From: Deltaproteobacteria bacterium
GTDB taxonomy: Bacteria; Desulfobacterota; Syntrophobacteria; BM002
Direction: 5' to 3'
Assembly (NCBI GenBank): GCA_020353215.1
Contig: CP070692.1
Location: forward strand, 66,139-126,565
Length of the DNA stretch: 60,427 nucleotides
The notes beneath the pieces are model-generated. The model ran no database searches. It saw only the letters and a list, made by a program, of their open reading frames with translations, and was not told where the DNA came from. The translations under genes were made by a program, and so were the position numbers. Shown here piece after piece: positions 48,219-59,821 of this stretch (the stretch's first letter is position 1; the number at the start of each line of letters is the position of its first letter).

Positions 48219-48306
48219 GACATCCTCCCTCCCTCATGGCTAATAAAGACAAGACCGAGTAACAGTGAGAACAACCAACCGCGACGTTCATTTGGACGAA
48301 CGTCTC

Positions 48307-49614
48307 TCAACGCCTGCTCTTCATCCGTGATCTTTTGATGAAACCTTCATAGTGCCGAGTCAGCATGTGGGATTCGATCTGAGACACCGTATCGATGGCT
48401 ACCCCCACCACGATTAGTAAGGCTGTGCCACCGAAATAGAAGGGGACCCTGAACTTCTGTATCAGTAGGGTGGGAAGTACACACACCGCTGAAACATACA
48501 GGGCACCCCCGAAGGTTATTCGTGACAGCACGCGGTCAATGTAATCCGCGGTCCGCTTGCCTGGACGAATACCAGGGATAAAGCCTCCATACTTCTTCAT
48601 GTTTTCCGCAGCGTCAACAGGGTTGAAGACCACCGCGGTATAGAAATAGCAAAAGAAAACAATAAATCCGACGTAGAGCAGACTGTAGACCAGTTTTCCG
48701 GGGGCCACCGCATCGGCAATCGCTTTCATCCAGGGAACTTGGATAAAGTTGGCAATCGTTGCCGGGAACATGATAATCGAGGAGGCAAAGATCGGTGGAA
48801 TCACGCCTGCGGTGTTTACCTTGAGAGGCAAGTGGGTGCTCTGGCCGCCATACATTTTGCGTCCCACCACGCGCTTGGCGTACTGGACGGGGATGCGACG
48901 CTGGCCCTGCTCCACATAAATGATGATTCCTACCACCAAGACCATCATCACCAGCAGGATAAGTATCATGAAGGTGGAGAGTTCTCCAGTTCCAGCAAGT
49001 CGCAAGGTATTGATAATGGCCGCCGGCATACGGGCAACGATCCCGGCAAAGATGATGAGCGAGATGCCGTTCCCAATGCCTCGCTCAGTAATCTGTTCAC
49101 CCAGCCACATAATGAAAGCAGTGCCTGCGGTGAGGGTGATCACCGTCATCAGTCGAAAGCCCCACCCGGGATTCAAGACTACCATTTCTCCTCCCGGTCC
49201 GCTCATACCCTCCAGACCGAAGGCGATACCGAAGCCCTGAATCAGACTCAGCAGCACGGTGCCGTACCGGGTATACTGGGTGATTTTTCGCCGACCGGCC
49301 TCGCCCTCTTTGTTGAGTCGGTCAAGATAGGGGATTACTACTGTCAGTAACTGTAGGATAATGGAAGCACTAATGTAGGGCATGATGCCCAGGGCGAAAA
49401 CTGAGAGGTTGCTCAGGGCACCGCCAGCAAACATGTCGAACAGTCCCAACAGGGTACCCTGGGCCTGGTCGAAAAAGGCTTGCAGAGCCTCATTGTTGAT
49501 TCCTGGAGTTGGCACATGAACGCCGACACGATACACCGCCAACAGAGCAAATGTCATCAATATCCGGCGTTTGAGTTCAGGGATTTTCCCTATGGTCTGA
49601 AAGCCACCAATCAA
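48307..49614 (-). CDS. secY: preprotein translocase subunit SecY
   Basis: It is a 10-TM protein with [12 protein letters not shown] and its position follows rplO. Confidence 0.95.
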   Translation of the reverse strand: MIGGFQTIGKIPELKRRILMTFALLAVYRVGVHVPTPGINNEALQAFFDQAQGTLLGLFDMFAGGALSNLSVFALGIMPYISASIILQLLTVVIPYLDRLNKEGEAGRRKITQYTRYGTVLLSLIQGFGIAFGLEGMSGPGGEMVVLNPGWGFRLMTVITLTAGTAFIMWLGEQITERGIGNGISLIIFAGIVARMPAAIINTLRLAGTGELSTFMILILLVMMVLVVGIIIYVEQGQRRIPVQYAKRVVGRKMYGGQSTHLPLKVNTAGVIPPIFASSIIMFPATIANFIQVPWMKAIADAVAPGKLVYSLLYVGFIVFFCYFYTAVVFNPVDAAENMKKYGGFIPGIRPGKRTADYIDRVLSRITFGGALYVSAVCVLPTLLIQKFRVPFYFGGTALLIVVGVAIDTVSQIESHMLTRHYEGFIKRSRMKSRR

Positions 49615-49615
49615 T

Positions 49616-50056
49616 TCAAATCACCTCAATTTTACCACCGACCGCCTCGATCTTATCGCGTGCCGCGGCACTGCAGCGGTGCAGCTTTACAGTTAGCGGT
49701 TTGCTGATGTCGCCTGTTCCCAACAACTTGACACCGTCCCATCGGCCCTTTACCAACCCGCTTTGGCGTAAGAGGTTCTCATCCACCACGATTTCAGCTT
49801 CAAACCGATCCAGATCCCGCACATTGATCTCAGCATACCTCTTTTTGAAGGGGTTACGAAAGCCCCGTTTTGGCAGGCGACGCTGTAACGGCATTTGACC
49901 ACCTTCGAAACCTGGGGGAGTGCCCCCTCCCGATCGGGCTCCTTGGCCTTTGGTCCCACGACCCGCGGTCCCACCACGTCCAGATCCTTGCCCCCGGCCA
50001 AATCGCTTCGCTTTTTGCTTTGCTTGTCCAGGCGGTTTCAATTCGTCTAGTCTCAT
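49616..50056 (-). CDS. rplO: 50S ribosomal protein L15
   Basis: It has [38 protein letters not shown]. The longer listed ORF (to 50185) has a non-homologous Cys/Ser-rich leader. Confidence 0.9.
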   Translation of the reverse strand: MRLDELKPPGQAKQKAKRFGRGQGSGRGGTAGRGTKGQGARSGGGTPPGFEGGQMPLQRRLPKRGFRNPFKKRYAEINVRDLDRFEAEIVVDENLLRQSGLVKGRWDGVKLLGTGDISKPLTVKLHRCSAAARDKIEAVGGKIEVI

Positions 50057-50235
50057 GGCTAATCCATTGTTCGGCTTATGTGATCTCCCAGCATCGAGTG
50101 ACGCGAGTTCCACCCAGCACCTTGATTCGCAGCGCTGGTTACTTATTGGGCTGCCTACGTCGGTGCACTTGCCACTGAGCGCCAAGTGCGGGAGTTACAG
50201 GTAGATTGATCATACCAATCGAAGGAGCCAGCCTG

Positions 50236-50418
50236 TCACGGCTGAGATACTTCCACCATGTGCCGCACTTTACGAACTGCCCCCATGATTTGGGGCGTGT
50301 CGTAGAGGGTAACCGTCTTGTTTAACCGAGTAAGGCCGAGGCTCCGGAGAATTCTGCGATGCTTTTCAGGTCTTCCTACCATACTGCGAACGAGCTTTAT
50401 CTTAATCTCATTTGCCAT
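50236..50418 (-). CDS. rpmD: 50S ribosomal protein L30
   Basis: It has MANEIKIKLVRSMVGRPEKHRRILRSLGLTRLNKTV. This is the internal start of the listed 121-aa ORF. Confidence 0.9.
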   Translation of the reverse strand: MANEIKIKLVRSMVGRPEKHRRILRSLGLTRLNKTVTLYDTPQIMGAVRKVRHMVEVSQP

Positions 50419-50477
50419 CCTACCGCCTCTATCTAATCTCACGTTCGGCATTCCGAGTTTCCTGGTTCCGCTTCCGC

Positions 50478-50969
50478 CTAGGCCCTGATCTCTTCCAGAG
50501 TCTTGCCGCGTCTTTTGGCAATATGTTCCGGACTCCGCAGCAGACTCAGCCCCCTTATGGTTGCCTTCACCACGTTGTGGGGATTGTTGGAGCCCAGACA
50601 TTTCGTCAGGATGTTGTGCACCCCGGCCGCCTCCATGATAGCTCGCACTGCACCGCCGGCAATTACACCAGTTCCCTCTGAAGCCGGCTTGAGTAAAACG
50701 CTGGCCGCTCCAAATTTGCCCAGGACCTCATAGGGGATGGTATTATTGAAGAGCGGCACCTGAAACATGCTTTTCTTTGCCAGTTCCACCCCCTTGCGAA
50801 TCGCCTCTGGCACCTCGTTCGCCTTCCCAAGGCCGGCGCCCACGGCACCCTGTCCGTCCCCAACTACCACAATGGCACTAAAACTGAATCGCCTCCCCCC
50901 TTTCACCACCTTGGCCACGCGGCTGATGTGTACCACCTTATCGATGAGTTGCAGCTCTTTTGCGTCCAT
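50478..50969 (-). CDS. rpsE: 30S ribosomal protein S5
   Basis: It has [41 protein letters not shown]. Confidence 0.93.
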   Translation of the reverse strand: MDAKELQLIDKVVHISRVAKVVKGGRRFSFSAIVVVGDGQGAVGAGLGKANEVPEAIRKGVELAKKSMFQVPLFNNTIPYEVLGKFGAASVLLKPASEGTGVIAGGAVRAIMEAAGVHNILTKCLGSNNPHNVVKATIRGLSLLRSPEHIAKRRGKTLEEIRA

Positions 50970-51125
50970 CTCGTACAAGGGAATATCTCCTCTGTTTGTG
51001 GCTTTCAGCTCCCACAAATCAAGAGCAACATGACGAACTGTTCAGCCGTTGCCCAAGCGAATCTTGTAATTGATGTATTCCTTTACTTCACCTACCGAGA
51101 GCCATCTACTGACCGCGGCCCGTCT

Positions 51126-51497
51126 CTAAAACTCCAGCCCGGCCTCCCTGGCTGCCATGGCAAGAGCCCGTACCCGGCCATGGTAGAGAAAACCATTGCG
51201 ATCGAACACCACCCGGGTAATTCCCTTGGTCTTGCCCCTCTCGGCGATTAGCTTACCCACCCGCTTGGCGTTCTCGATCTTGCCCTTGACCTTTTCCTGT
51301 TGGCGAATATCCGGATCCAGTGTGGACGCTGCAGCTAGAGTCACGCCGTTGACATCGTCTATCATCTGGGCGTAGATATGCCCACTGGTGCGATAAATGT
51401 TAAGCCTCGGCCGCTCTGGCTCCCCTGATAGTTTCTGACGTATTCGCCTCTTCCGTTTGAGGCGCGCCTCCATCCTGGGATTCCTTTTCGACGCCAT
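51126..51497 (-). CDS. rplR: 50S ribosomal protein L18
   Basis: It has [15 protein letters not shown]...[22 protein letters not shown] lies upstream of the ATG at 51497. Confidence 0.93.
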   Translation of the reverse strand: MASKRNPRMEARLKRKRRIRQKLSGEPERPRLNIYRTSGHIYAQMIDDVNGVTLAAASTLDPDIRQQEKVKGKIENAKRVGKLIAERGKTKGITRVVFDRNGFLYHGRVRALAMAAREAGLEF

Positions 51498-51681
51498 TGT
51501 TGCCCACCTTGTCATCTATCAGCGTTCAGCTATTCGCTTCGAGCTCCCTTTCAACAGCGATTGGTCAATACTGTTCTCTTGTTCCGGCCACCGGTTGCGT
51601 TATCCGGTAAGAGGACGCTTCTGGTTCTCGAAAGCCTTCGTCACCGCAATTCATCCGACGGGTGACAGCTGAACCTCTGTT

Positions 51682-52221
51682 TTACTTTGCTCCAGCTTTC
51701 CCCACCTTCCGGCGCACCACTTCATCTGAATATCTGACGCCCTTACCCTTGTAGGGTTCACAGCGTCGAAAAGCGCGAATTTTTGCTGCAGTCAGACCCA
51801 ACAACTCCTTGTCAATCCCGCTTAAGGTAATGCGGTTCTGTTTGTCGACCGAAGCCTCTATACCCTGAGGCAGCTTGAACTCGATGGGATGCGAGTAACC
51901 AAGACTTAGGTGCAAGGTATCACTCCTCAGATCGGCGCGATAGCCAATACCAGTGATCTCCAGCTGCCGGGAATAACCATTGGTCACGCCGACTACCATG
52001 TTGTTGATCAACGTTCTGGTCAGCCCCTGAAGAGACCTGGCCTGTCTACCGCCATCCGCAGGAATTACCTGAATAACGCCTTCTGCCACTTGAATCTGCA
52101 CTCGGGGTGGGAGATCGCGTTTGAGCGTTCCTTTACTCCCACTCACTTCAATCTCTGAGCCCCGGATATTCACTTTAACGCCTGAAGGCAGCTCTATAGG
52201 TTTTTTGCCAACACGAGACAT
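51682..52221 (-). CDS. rplF: 50S ribosomal protein L6
   Basis: It has MSRVGKKPIELPSGVKV. GAGGAGG lies upstream. Confidence 0.95.
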   Translation of the reverse strand: MSRVGKKPIELPSGVKVNIRGSEIEVSGSKGTLKRDLPPRVQIQVAEGVIQVIPADGGRQARSLQGLTRTLINNMVVGVTNGYSRQLEITGIGYRADLRSDTLHLSLGYSHPIEFKLPQGIEASVDKQNRITLSGIDKELLGLTAAKIRAFRRCEPYKGKGVRYSDEVVRRKVGKAGAK

Positions 52222-52261
52222 GCAAGATCCTCCTCAACGAAGCAAGCTTCCCGTTGCGTCT

Positions 52262-52660
52262 CTACCAGACTTTGCAGAGAAGCTCTCCCCCGACTTTCTG
52301 CTTGCGGGCTTCTCGGTCGGTGAGGATACCCCTGGAAGTGGACACTATCGCCGTACCTAGGCCGTTAAATACATAGGGAATCTTGTCGTGGCGCACATAA
52401 ACCCTGCAGCTTGGTTTACTAATCCGCTGGAGACCGCCAATTACCGGGACGTTATCCTTATCGTATTTCAGATACAAGCGTAAGGTGCCTTGCTTCTTAT
52501 CTTTAATGAGTTTGTAGTTCTTTATGTAGCCCTCTTCCTTAAGCATCTTAGCCATACTCAGTTTCATTTTTGAGGACGGAATATCCACCCGCTCATATCT
52601 AGACATGCAAGCATTGCGGATACGAGTGATGAAGTCTGCAATGGGATCTGTCATTACCAT
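52262..52660 (-). CDS. rpsH: 30S ribosomal protein S8
   Basis: It has MTDPIADFITRIRNA. Confidence 0.95.
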   Translation of the reverse strand: MVMTDPIADFITRIRNACMSRYERVDIPSSKMKLSMAKMLKEEGYIKNYKLIKDKKQGTLRLYLKYDKDNVPVIGGLQRISKPSCRVYVRHDKIPYVFNGLGTAIVSTSRGILTDREARKQKVGGELLCKVW

Positions 52661-52675
52661 GGACGTGCTCCTTTG

Positions 52676-52861
52676 TTACCAGCTTGACTTAATGACGCCA
52701 GGAAGCTCCCCTCGTAGCGCCATGTTACGGAAACAGATGCGGCAAATGCCGAATTTCCGCAGAAAGGCCCGGGGACGTCCACAAAGTGGGCAGCGATTGT
52801 ATGCCCGCACCTCGAATTTTTGTTTTCTTGCTGCTTTGGCAATGAGTGATTTTTTTGCCAA
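52676..52861 (-). CDS. rpsN: 30S ribosomal protein S14, type Z (zinc-binding, 61 aa)
   Basis: It has [22 protein letters not shown]. The start is TTG, 7 nt after GGAGGAG. Confidence 0.93.
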   Translation of the reverse strand: MAKKSLIAKAARKQKFEVRAYNRCPLCGRPRAFLRKFGICRICFRNMALRGELPGVIKSSW

Positions 52862-52972
52862 GGTTTACTCCTCCGTGGTCCTTCTTGCTTAGATAAGCAT
52901 CAACATTGATTCGTTTCGCCAACTATCACGACAGAGTCTGCTCGCTCAGCACCTGTGCATCGTGTCCATTGA

Positions 52973-52988
52973 CGACCAGATCTGGTCG
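52973..52988. repeat. perfect 16-bp palindrome inside the rplE-rpsN spacer
   Basis: cgaccaga/tctggtcg was read directly from the sequence. Confidence 0.9.
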
Positions 52989-53070
52989 GCCGGAGTCTAT
53001 CTCCAGCCCGGGGTCCCAGTCAATGAAGGTTCGTCCGAGTCTAACCATACCGGCCTATCAATCCAAGGAC

Positions 53071-53610
53071 TTAGTTTCTGAACGGCATGCCCATCATTTT
53101 CAACAGTGTCTTGCCCTCTTCATCGGTTTTAGCTGTGGTAACGATGGTGACGTTCAGGCCCTTGATTTTATCAATCTTATCGTAATTGATTTCGGGGAAG
53201 ATTATGTGCTCCTTGATCCCCAGGGAGTAGTTTCCGCGACCATCGAACGACTTATCTGAAAGACCCCTAAAGTCCCTCACCCGGGGCAACGCAACGTTGA
53301 CCAGCTTATCAAAAAAGTCGTACATCCGCTGCCTTCTTAAGGTCACCATGCAGCCGATGGGCATTCCTGCCCGCAGTTTGAAGGAAGCAATAGATTTCCG
53401 GGCTCGGGTTACCACGGGACGCTGACCAGCTATGAGGGCCAGCTCCTCAACTGCTGCGTCCAAGACTTTGATGTTGTGAATGGCCTCCCCGAGTCCCATA
53501 TTAAGAACGACCCTCTCCAACCGCGGAACCTGCATGAGACTCTTGTAATCAAACTCCTTAATTAGATCAGGAATCAAATCTCTCTGAAACGTCTCTCTCA
53601 GTCTGGACAT
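53071..53610 (-). CDS. rplE: 50S ribosomal protein L5
   Basis: It has [39 protein letters not shown]. Confidence 0.93.
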   Translation of the reverse strand: MSRLRETFQRDLIPDLIKEFDYKSLMQVPRLERVVLNMGLGEAIHNIKVLDAAVEELALIAGQRPVVTRARKSIASFKLRAGMPIGCMVTLRRQRMYDFFDKLVNVALPRVRDFRGLSDKSFDGRGNYSLGIKEHIIFPEINYDKIDKIKGLNVTIVTTAKTDEEGKTLLKMMGMPFRN

Positions 53611-53752
53611 CTGATGAACCCTCAAGCGTATCACCACAAAGAGAACAAAAAACACAAAGTGTTGCCTGATTCAGCCAGCCTCAACGACACCCACTTACAA
53701 AAAGCCGGACGCCGTCTCATCTTTGTGATCTCTGCACTAACTTTCTTCTCCG

Positions 53753-54082
53753 CTATTCAAGAATTTCTCCGCACTTTTTGCAGTAACGGACTCTCTTGCC
53801 GTCCTCGAGGACCTTGCGTCCTACCCGGGTTGGATCAGTGCACTTCCCGCAGACCAGCATGAGGTTGGATATCTGGATGGGGTTCTCCTTTTCCACGATT
53901 CCTCCCTGACGACTGTGGTGCCCTGGACGCATGTGGCGCTTGATGAAGTTGACTTTCTCCACCACCGCCCTATCCTTCTTGGGTAAAATCTTCAGGATCT
54001 TGCCTGTCTTGCCCTTCTCCTTACCCGCGATTACCATCACCGTGTCATCTCTTCTGATATGGTACTTCTTTCTCTGTGCCAT
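53753..54082 (-). CDS. rplX: 50S ribosomal protein L24
   Basis: It has KYHIRRDDTVMVIAGKEKGKTGKI (KOW motif) and a Cys-containing C-terminal region. Confidence 0.95.
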   Translation of the reverse strand: MAQRKKYHIRRDDTVMVIAGKEKGKTGKILKILPKKDRAVVEKVNFIKRHMRPGHHSRQGGIVEKENPIQISNLMLVCGKCTDPTRVGRKVLEDGKRVRYCKKCGEILE

Positions 54083-54110
54083 GAAATCTCCCCCTTACGG
54101 GATTCTCCTC

Positions 54111-54479
54111 TTATAGCACCTCTGGCGCCAGAGAGATGATTTTCATAAACCCTTTGGCCCGCAACTCTCGCGCCACAGGTCCAAAAATGCGGGTTCCGAT
54201 GGGTTCTCGCTGTTGAGTCACCAGTACTGCAGAGTTATCGTCAAAGCGAATATAAGAGCCATCTCGCCGCCGGATCTCTTTCTTGGTCCGCACCACCACC
54301 GCTTTCATCACATCGCCCGGTCTCACTTTGGCATTGGGGATGGCCTCCTTGACTGACACCACAATTATGTCTCCCACCCGAGCATAGCGTCTGCGGGATC
54401 CACCCAGAACCTTAATGCAATAGAGTTTCTTGGCTCCTGAATTGTCTGCGGCTAACAGCCTGGTCTCCGTCTGAATCAT
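54111..54479 (-). CDS. rplN: 50S ribosomal protein L14
   Basis: It has [27 protein letters not shown]. Confidence 0.95.
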   Translation of the reverse strand: MIQTETRLLAADNSGAKKLYCIKVLGGSRRRYARVGDIIVVSVKEAIPNAKVRPGDVMKAVVVRTKKEIRRRDGSYIRFDDNSAVLVTQQREPIGTRIFGPVARELRAKGFMKIISLAPEVL

Positions 54480-54622
54480 GATTTGCTCCGCCAGGTTACC
54501 TGATTAGCTATCTCCCATAGAGAGCGTCAGGCTCCCAGCTAATCACCATAGATGTGCCAGATGGTTTGTAAGGGTACTTGAGGGCTGAGTAACGCTCAGC
54601 GGTTCGCCCGAATCAGCGAGCC

Positions 54623-54883
54623 CTAAGTTACCGCCTTCTCAACGATTTGGGTCACCCGCCAGCGCTTGGTCTTGCTAAGTGGTCTCGTTTCTCGGATCAA
54701 CACTTTATCACCTTGGCGGCAGGTATTGTTTTCATCATGCGCCGTATACTTGGCACGTCTGCGCACATACTTCTTATAGGTGGAATGTTTGACAAGCCTG
54801 TCGACTTGCACCACCACAGTTTTCTCCATTTTGTCGCTAATGACAACTCCGGTAAGGCTCTTTCGTAAACCTCGCACCCTCAT
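54623..54883 (-). CDS. rpsQ: 30S ribosomal protein S17
   Basis: It has [30 protein letters not shown]. The ATG at 54883 lies 10 nt after the rpmC stop. Confidence 0.93.
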   Translation of the reverse strand: MRVRGLRKSLTGVVISDKMEKTVVVQVDRLVKHSTYKKYVRRRAKYTAHDENNTCRQGDKVLIRETRPLSKTKRWRVTQIVEKAVT

Positions 54884-54893
54884 AATCCGGTCC

Positions 54894-55088
54894 TCATTGT
54901 GCCCTCCGCTTCTCAATCAATATGGTTTGCACCCGGGCGATATCTTTCCGGGTCTTTCCAAGTTGAGCCGTGTTGTCCAGCTGCCCTGTGGCGTGCTGGA
55001 ATCTGAGATTGAACAGCGATTCCACCAGCTCGTTTTCTTTGACTTCCAGTTCTTCGATGCTTAGATCACGGAGTTCGCTCGCTTTCAT
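54894..55088 (-). CDS. rpmC: 50S ribosomal protein L29
   Basis: It has [21 protein letters not shown]...LRFQ. Confidence 0.95.
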   Translation of the reverse strand: MKASELRDLSIEELEVKENELVESLFNLRFQHATGQLDNTAQLGKTRKDIARVQTILIEKRRAQ

Positions 55089-55501
55089 TAGCTCCCTCCG
55101 CGGCTGACGAATTTGGTCGCAAAGCCCAGCTTGTGCCCAGCAAGCCGAAATGCCTCCTTGGCCACCGGCTCAGACACGCCTTCCATCTCGTAAAGTACTT
55201 TCCCCGGGCGAATAACGGCCACCCAAGCTTCTGGAGCCCCCTTTCCCTTACCCATCCTGGTCTCAGTGGGCTTCTTGGTGATGGGTTTGTCGGGAAAAAC
55301 TCGGATCCAGATTTTACCACCACGTTTGATGTGCCGGGTCATGGCAATGCGTGCTGCCTCAATCTGCCGGGCCGTCATCCAAGCACACTCGGTAGCTTGC
55401 AGTCCATAGTCACCAAATACCAAAGTGCATCCTCTATGGGACTTGCCCTTCATCCGTCCTTTCTGTTTCTTCCTGTACTTGACCTTTTTTGGTGCTAACA
55501 T
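55088..55501 (-). CDS. rplP: 50S ribosomal protein L16
   Basis: It has [19 protein letters not shown]... Confidence 0.95.
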   Translation of the reverse strand: MLAPKKVKYRKKQKGRMKGKSHRGCTLVFGDYGLQATECAWMTARQIEAARIAMTRHIKRGGKIWIRVFPDKPITKKPTETRMGKGKGAPEAWVAVIRPGKVLYEMEGVSEPVAKEAFRLAGHKLGFATKFVSRGGS

Positions 55502-55524
55502 AGCAGCTTGTCTCCCAGGGCCAA

Positions 55525-56151
55525 TTAGGTGAGAACCTCACCTTTAAAAATCCAGACCTTGACACCAATCACACCATAGGTAGTCTTTGCCACAGCGGTT
55601 CCGTAATCAATGTCAGCCCGGAGGGTATGCAGGGGAACCCGGCCCTCTCGATACCACTCGCGTCTCGCCATTTCTGCACCTCCTAAGCGGCCGGCACAAG
55701 CCACTCGCACCCCGTTCGCACCGAATTTCAGTGCCGAACTCACAGCCTTCTTCATGGCGCGACGAAACGCGACCCGGCGGGTCAGCTGCAACGCAATATT
55801 TTCAGCTACCAAGGTGGCATCCACCTCTGGTTTACGCACCTCCTGAATGTCAATGAGAATCTCACGTTTGACCATCAGTTCAAGCTGTCGCTTCAAGGCT
55901 TCTATTTCGGCCCCTTTTTTCCCGATAACAATACCTGGGCGGGCAGTATGAATTCGTATCTTCGCCCGTTCAGCTGCACGTGCAATTTCGATCCTGGAAA
56001 CACCGGCATGGTACAGCTTATTTTTTAGGAAGTCGCGGATTCTCTTATCTTCGTGAACGAGCTGGGCGTATCCCTTATTGGCAAACCACCTAGAATCCCA
56101 CGAACGGACAATTCCAAGTCTCAGTCCGACAGGATGTACCTTTTGTCCCAA
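55525..56151 (-). CDS. rpsC: 30S ribosomal protein S3
   Basis: It has [24 protein letters not shown]. Confidence 0.95.
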   Translation of the reverse strand: MGQKVHPVGLRLGIVRSWDSRWFANKGYAQLVHEDKRIRDFLKNKLYHAGVSRIEIARAAERAKIRIHTARPGIVIGKKGAEIEALKRQLELMVKREILIDIQEVRKPEVDATLVAENIALQLTRRVAFRRAMKKAVSSALKFGANGVRVACAGRLGGAEMARREWYREGRVPLHTLRADIDYGTAVAKTTYGVIGVKVWIFKGEVLT

Positions 56152-56305
56152 CCTCCACCTCCAATGTAAGGCAAGTGCCTCAAGTGAGCTAAAGTAAGCT
56201 AAGGTGACTGAAGATCACCATTTTCGCCACAGCACTCAGTTAAGATTCCTTCCCGATGTCAAGACGCACACCAGCACAATAAACGCGCAATAATCAGTCT
56301 AACCG

Positions 56306-56638
56306 TTAGGCCTCGTCCAAAACTACTGTGATGTGACTGGACCGCTTGAGAATCCTGGTGGCTCGCCCCATCGCTCGGGGTCGCCAACGTTTCATAGTTG
56401 GGCCTTCATCTACAAAAATACGTTTGATGTAAAGTGTATCCACATCGATGTTTGGATTCTGTTCGGCGTTGGCCACCGCGGACCGCAATGTCTTGGTCAC
56501 CAAGCTTGCCCCCTTCTTACGCGCGAAGTTGAGGATGGTGAGGGCTTCCTCCACCGATTTCCCCTTAACAAGCTCGGTGACCAGTCGTGCCTTGTGTGGC
56601 GAAATTCTCAAATATCGAGTAACTGCCTTGACTTCCAT
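56306..56638 (-). CDS. rplV: 50S ribosomal protein L22
   Basis: It has [25 protein letters not shown]. Confidence 0.95.
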   Translation of the reverse strand: MEVKAVTRYLRISPHKARLVTELVKGKSVEEALTILNFARKKGASLVTKTLRSAVANAEQNPNIDVDTLYIKRIFVDEGPTMKRWRPRAMGRATRILKRSSHITVVLDEA

Positions 56639-56686
56639 GATCCGCGTCCTCTTGTAAGCCTACGCGACCTCGGTTCTCCGTCTTAA

Positions 56687-56974
56687 TTACCTCTTGCCCT
56701 TCATACGACTCTTTCGGTCTCCCGCGTGACCATAAAAAGTTCGAGTAGGAGAGAATTCCCCCAGCTTGTGTCCCACCATGTTCTCACTAATGAAAACGGG
56801 AATGAACTTTTTGCCGTTGTGCACCGCGATTGTCAGACCTACGAATTCAGGAAGTATGGTAGAGCGACGCGACCAGGTCTTTATCATCCGGTGATCTCGG
56901 CTCTCTTGAACCTTGAACACCTTTTTCTTGAGTTTCTCATCCACGAAGGGACCTTTTTTCAACGATCGTGGCAC
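56687..56974 (-). CDS. rpsS: 30S ribosomal protein S19
   Basis: It has [15 protein letters not shown]...[13 protein letters not shown]. Confidence 0.95.
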   Translation of the reverse strand: MPRSLKKGPFVDEKLKKKVFKVQESRDHRMIKTWSRRSTILPEFVGLTIAVHNGKKFIPVFISENMVGHKLGEFSPTRTFYGHAGDRKSRMKGKR

Positions 56975-56998
56975 GTTTGCCTCCTCAAACCTCCCGCA

Positions 56999-57823
56999 CT
57001 ATCTGGGGCGCATTTTCACAATGAACTTATCGCTGGGCTTCGGCCTGCGTGTGCGATAGCCCTTTGTGGGCATGCCCCATGGCGTGACCGGATGCCGTCC
57101 TCCTGAACTCTTGCCTTCACCGCCGCCGTGGGGATGGTCCACCGGATTCATTGCCACCCCACGTACTTTGGGCCTGCGTCCAAACCAACGTTTTCGTCCT
57201 GCTTTGCCTAGGCTAATGTTCTCGTGGTCGATGTTACCCACTTGTCCGACCGTAGCTTTGCATTCCAGAAGCACACGGCGCAATTCCCCCGAAGGCAACT
57301 TGAGCAAAGCATAGCGACCTTCCTTCGCCATCAGTTGCACCCCGGTTCCGGCGCTCCGTGCCAACTGCCCACCTTTTCCCACTTTCATTTCTACATTGTG
57401 AACGATGGTGCCCAGGGGCATCTTCTGCAAAGGCAAGGCGTTGCCCGGTTTGATATCCGCCGATTCGCTGGTGATGACCGTGTCTCCAATTTGCATCCCA
57501 AGTGGCGCCAGAATATAACGCTTTTCACCATCGGCGTAATGGAGCAGCGCGATTCGTGCCGACCGGTTTGGATCATACTCAATGCTGGCTACCCGCGCGG
57601 GAATGTCGATCTTCTCCCGTCTGAAATCGATAACTCGGTACCTTCGCTTGTGTCCACCTCCACGGTGGCGTACGGTCACCCGCCCGTAGCAGTTACGGCC
57701 ACCGGATCTCTTGTGCGGCCGTAGCAGGCTTCTTTCTGGTTTGCGACGCGTGATCTCCTCAAACGTCGAGTAGGTCTGAAACCGTCTGCCAGGCGACGAG
57801 GGTTTTACCGTTTTGATTCCCAT
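56999..57823 (-). CDS. rplB: 50S ribosomal protein L2
   Basis: It has [20 protein letters not shown] and [13 protein letters not shown]. Confidence 0.95.
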   Translation of the reverse strand: MGIKTVKPSSPGRRFQTYSTFEEITRRKPERSLLRPHKRSGGRNCYGRVTVRHRGGGHKRRYRVIDFRREKIDIPARVASIEYDPNRSARIALLHYADGEKRYILAPLGMQIGDTVITSESADIKPGNALPLQKMPLGTIVHNVEMKVGKGGQLARSAGTGVQLMAKEGRYALLKLPSGELRRVLLECKATVGQVGNIDHENISLGKAGRKRWFGRRPKVRGVAMNPVDHPHGGGEGKSSGGRHPVTPWGMPTKGYRTRRPKPSDKFIVKMRPR

Positions 57824-57936
57824 AAATTTCCCCTACTTCAATCATTTCTCATTTCCCATAGCGTTTTGGTAATTGTTACTGGTCAAGAGGGCAACAATTC
57901 GCAGATCCCAAATGGCAGATGGAAAAGGTTAAATGA

Positions 57937-58230
57937 TTAGACTCCTTCAAAAAAATCGATCTTTTGACCTGGTTTCAAGGTCACGACGGCCTTTTTCCAG
58001 TGTGGTTTTCGCCCCACGGAACGACCCAGCCGCTTGCGCTTACCCCGATAGTTCATGGTGCGTACTTCGACAACCTGAACCTTGAAGATCTTCTCCACGG
58101 CCTTTTTGATCTCGATCCTGTTGGCTCGTCGGTCCACCTCGAATGCCAGCTGGTTGTTCATCTCCTTCTGCAGAGTACTCTTCTCAGTGATTAGCGGCCG
58201 TTTGATAATTCTATAGTAACTGTCCATCAC
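57937..58230 (-). CDS. rplW: 50S ribosomal protein L23
   Basis: It has [11 protein letters not shown]....N.LAFEVD..ANR.EIK.AVEKIF.V.V. Confidence 0.95.
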   Translation of the reverse strand: MMDSYYRIIKRPLITEKSTLQKEMNNQLAFEVDRRANRIEIKKAVEKIFKVQVVEVRTMNYRGKRKRLGRSVGRKPHWKKAVVTLKPGQKIDFFEGV

Positions 58231-58236
58231 TTACTC

Positions 58237-58890
58237 CTAGGACGGATCCACTGTATCCACCGGGACTTGGCCAAGCAGGGCTGACTCTATTTTGGACACC
58301 GCATCCTTCATGAGCACGAGATGGCGGTACCTGAGGATGTCATAAACATTAAGCCCTTCCGAACGAAGCACTTTTGTGTACGGTACGTTTCTGGCCGACC
58401 TCTCCAGAAGGTTGTCAGTTTCAGGGATCACCACCAGAACATTTTCGATTCCGAACGTTTGCAGCACCTCCACAAAGGCCTTTGTCCTTATTTCGCTCAG
58501 GCCAAAGCTATCCAGTACCACCATCTGATCGTCGTTTAACTTGCTGCTCAAGGCCATCTTCAGCGCTTGCTTGCGAATCTTCTTGCTGACCTTGGGTCCG
58601 TACTCCCTGGGCTTCGGGCCGAAGGTGACCCCGCCACCCCGCCAGAGCGGCGAAGACCTCGTGCCCGCCCGGGCTCGGCCAGTTCCTTTCTGTCGCCAGG
58701 GCTTCCGCCCCCCACCCCGTACCTCCGATCGACCTTTGGTGGACGCGGCCCCCGCTCTGCGCTTGGCTAACTGCATGTTAACCACTTCGTGGAGGACGTG
58801 AGGCTTGATAGGAACGTTGAAGACCTCACCGTTCAGTTCCATCTCACCGACGTGTTCGTTATCCTTGTTGCGAACGGTCACCGTTGGCAT
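58237..58890 (-). CDS. rplD: 50S ribosomal protein L4
   Basis: It has [27 protein letters not shown]. Confidence 0.95.
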   Translation of the reverse strand: MPTVTVRNKDNEHVGEMELNGEVFNVPIKPHVLHEVVNMQLAKRRAGAASTKGRSEVRGGGRKPWRQKGTGRARAGTRSSPLWRGGGVTFGPKPREYGPKVSKKIRKQALKMALSSKLNDDQMVVLDSFGLSEIRTKAFVEVLQTFGIENVLVVIPETDNLLERSARNVPYTKVLRSEGLNVYDILRYRHLVLMKDAVSKIESALLGQVPVDTVDPS

Positions 58891-59025
58891 GACCAGCCTC
58901 TTTTCATTCGAATATTATCTCGCAAGATCTACTTCCTCGTTGCGGCCGGCGCATTCTGCGCCGAGCGAGGACGCCGAGCGACGCCTCAAATCACAACCGG
59001 GTGTTCGCGATCACAGGCGATCTCA

Positions 59026-59655
59026 CTAGAATTTACCGCTCTTTTTGATGACAACCATCCCGTTTCGCCCACCGGGAACGGCACCTTTGATGAGAATTAG
59101 GTTCTCATCCGGACGGATATCCACAACCTTGAGACCTTTGACCGTGACCCTTCTGTTACCCATTTGGCCGGGCATCTTTCTTCCCTTTATCACCCTAGCA
59201 GGTGAGGCGCTACATCCAATCGAACCTGGAGGTCTTTTGTTCATGCTGCCGTGGCTCATGGGTCCACGGGAAAAATTCCATCGCTTGATCGTACCCGCGA
59301 ACCCTTTGCCTTTGCTTGTGCCCACCACATGGACCAACTCGCCTACCTGGAAAATGTCAGCCCCGATTTCCTGTCCTAACTCGAAATCATTCACATCAGG
59401 CACTCTGACCTCTCGCAGTACGGCAAAGGGGCCCTTGCCGCTGTTCTTGAAATGGCCTAGCAGAGGCTTGTTGCTTCGTTCTGGCCTCTTTTCCCCGAAG
59501 CCCAGCTGCACGGCATAGTAGCCATCACTCTCCAGACTCTTAATCTGGGTGATGGTACACGGTCCGGCCTGAATAACCGTCACCGGGGTGACGTCACCTT
59601 CTGGAGAAAACAACTGGGATGTGCCCAACTTTTTGCCGATGAGCGCGTTAACCAT
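59026..59655 (-). CDS. rplC: 50S ribosomal protein L3
   Basis: It has GLIGKKLGTSQLF-like MVNALIGKKLGTSQLF and GTSKGKGFAG.IKRWNF. Confidence 0.95.
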   Translation of the reverse strand: MVNALIGKKLGTSQLFSPEGDVTPVTVIQAGPCTITQIKSLESDGYYAVQLGFGEKRPERSNKPLLGHFKNSGKGPFAVLREVRVPDVNDFELGQEIGADIFQVGELVHVVGTSKGKGFAGTIKRWNFSRGPMSHGSMNKRPPGSIGCSASPARVIKGRKMPGQMGNRRVTVKGLKVVDIRPDENLILIKGAVPGGRNGMVVIKKSGKF

Positions 59656-59821
59656 GATTCCTCATTTGTCATTAGTCATTGATCGTTTGTCCGTCGTCCG
59701 CTGCTACAGGACAGTGCCTCGTCAATCATGCGCAAAGCCTGTGAACATAAACTACGCGCCGAACCCAGAAAGCAACCTTTGGAAATACAACTGACGACTA
59801 ACCATGGACGACTGTCACTCC

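Noticed and set aside
48739-49350. 203-aa plus-strand ORF
   Set aside because: It is antisense to secY.
53609-53650. CTGATGA (hammerhead core-like) at the rplE start region
   Set aside because: No stem II/III complementarity and no GAAA element in an appropriate position.
56964-56980. TGGCACGTTTGCC, a sigma-54-like string
   Set aside because: The GG-to-GC spacing is 3 nt too short. It lies in the rpsS 5'/start region, on the strand antisense to the operon.
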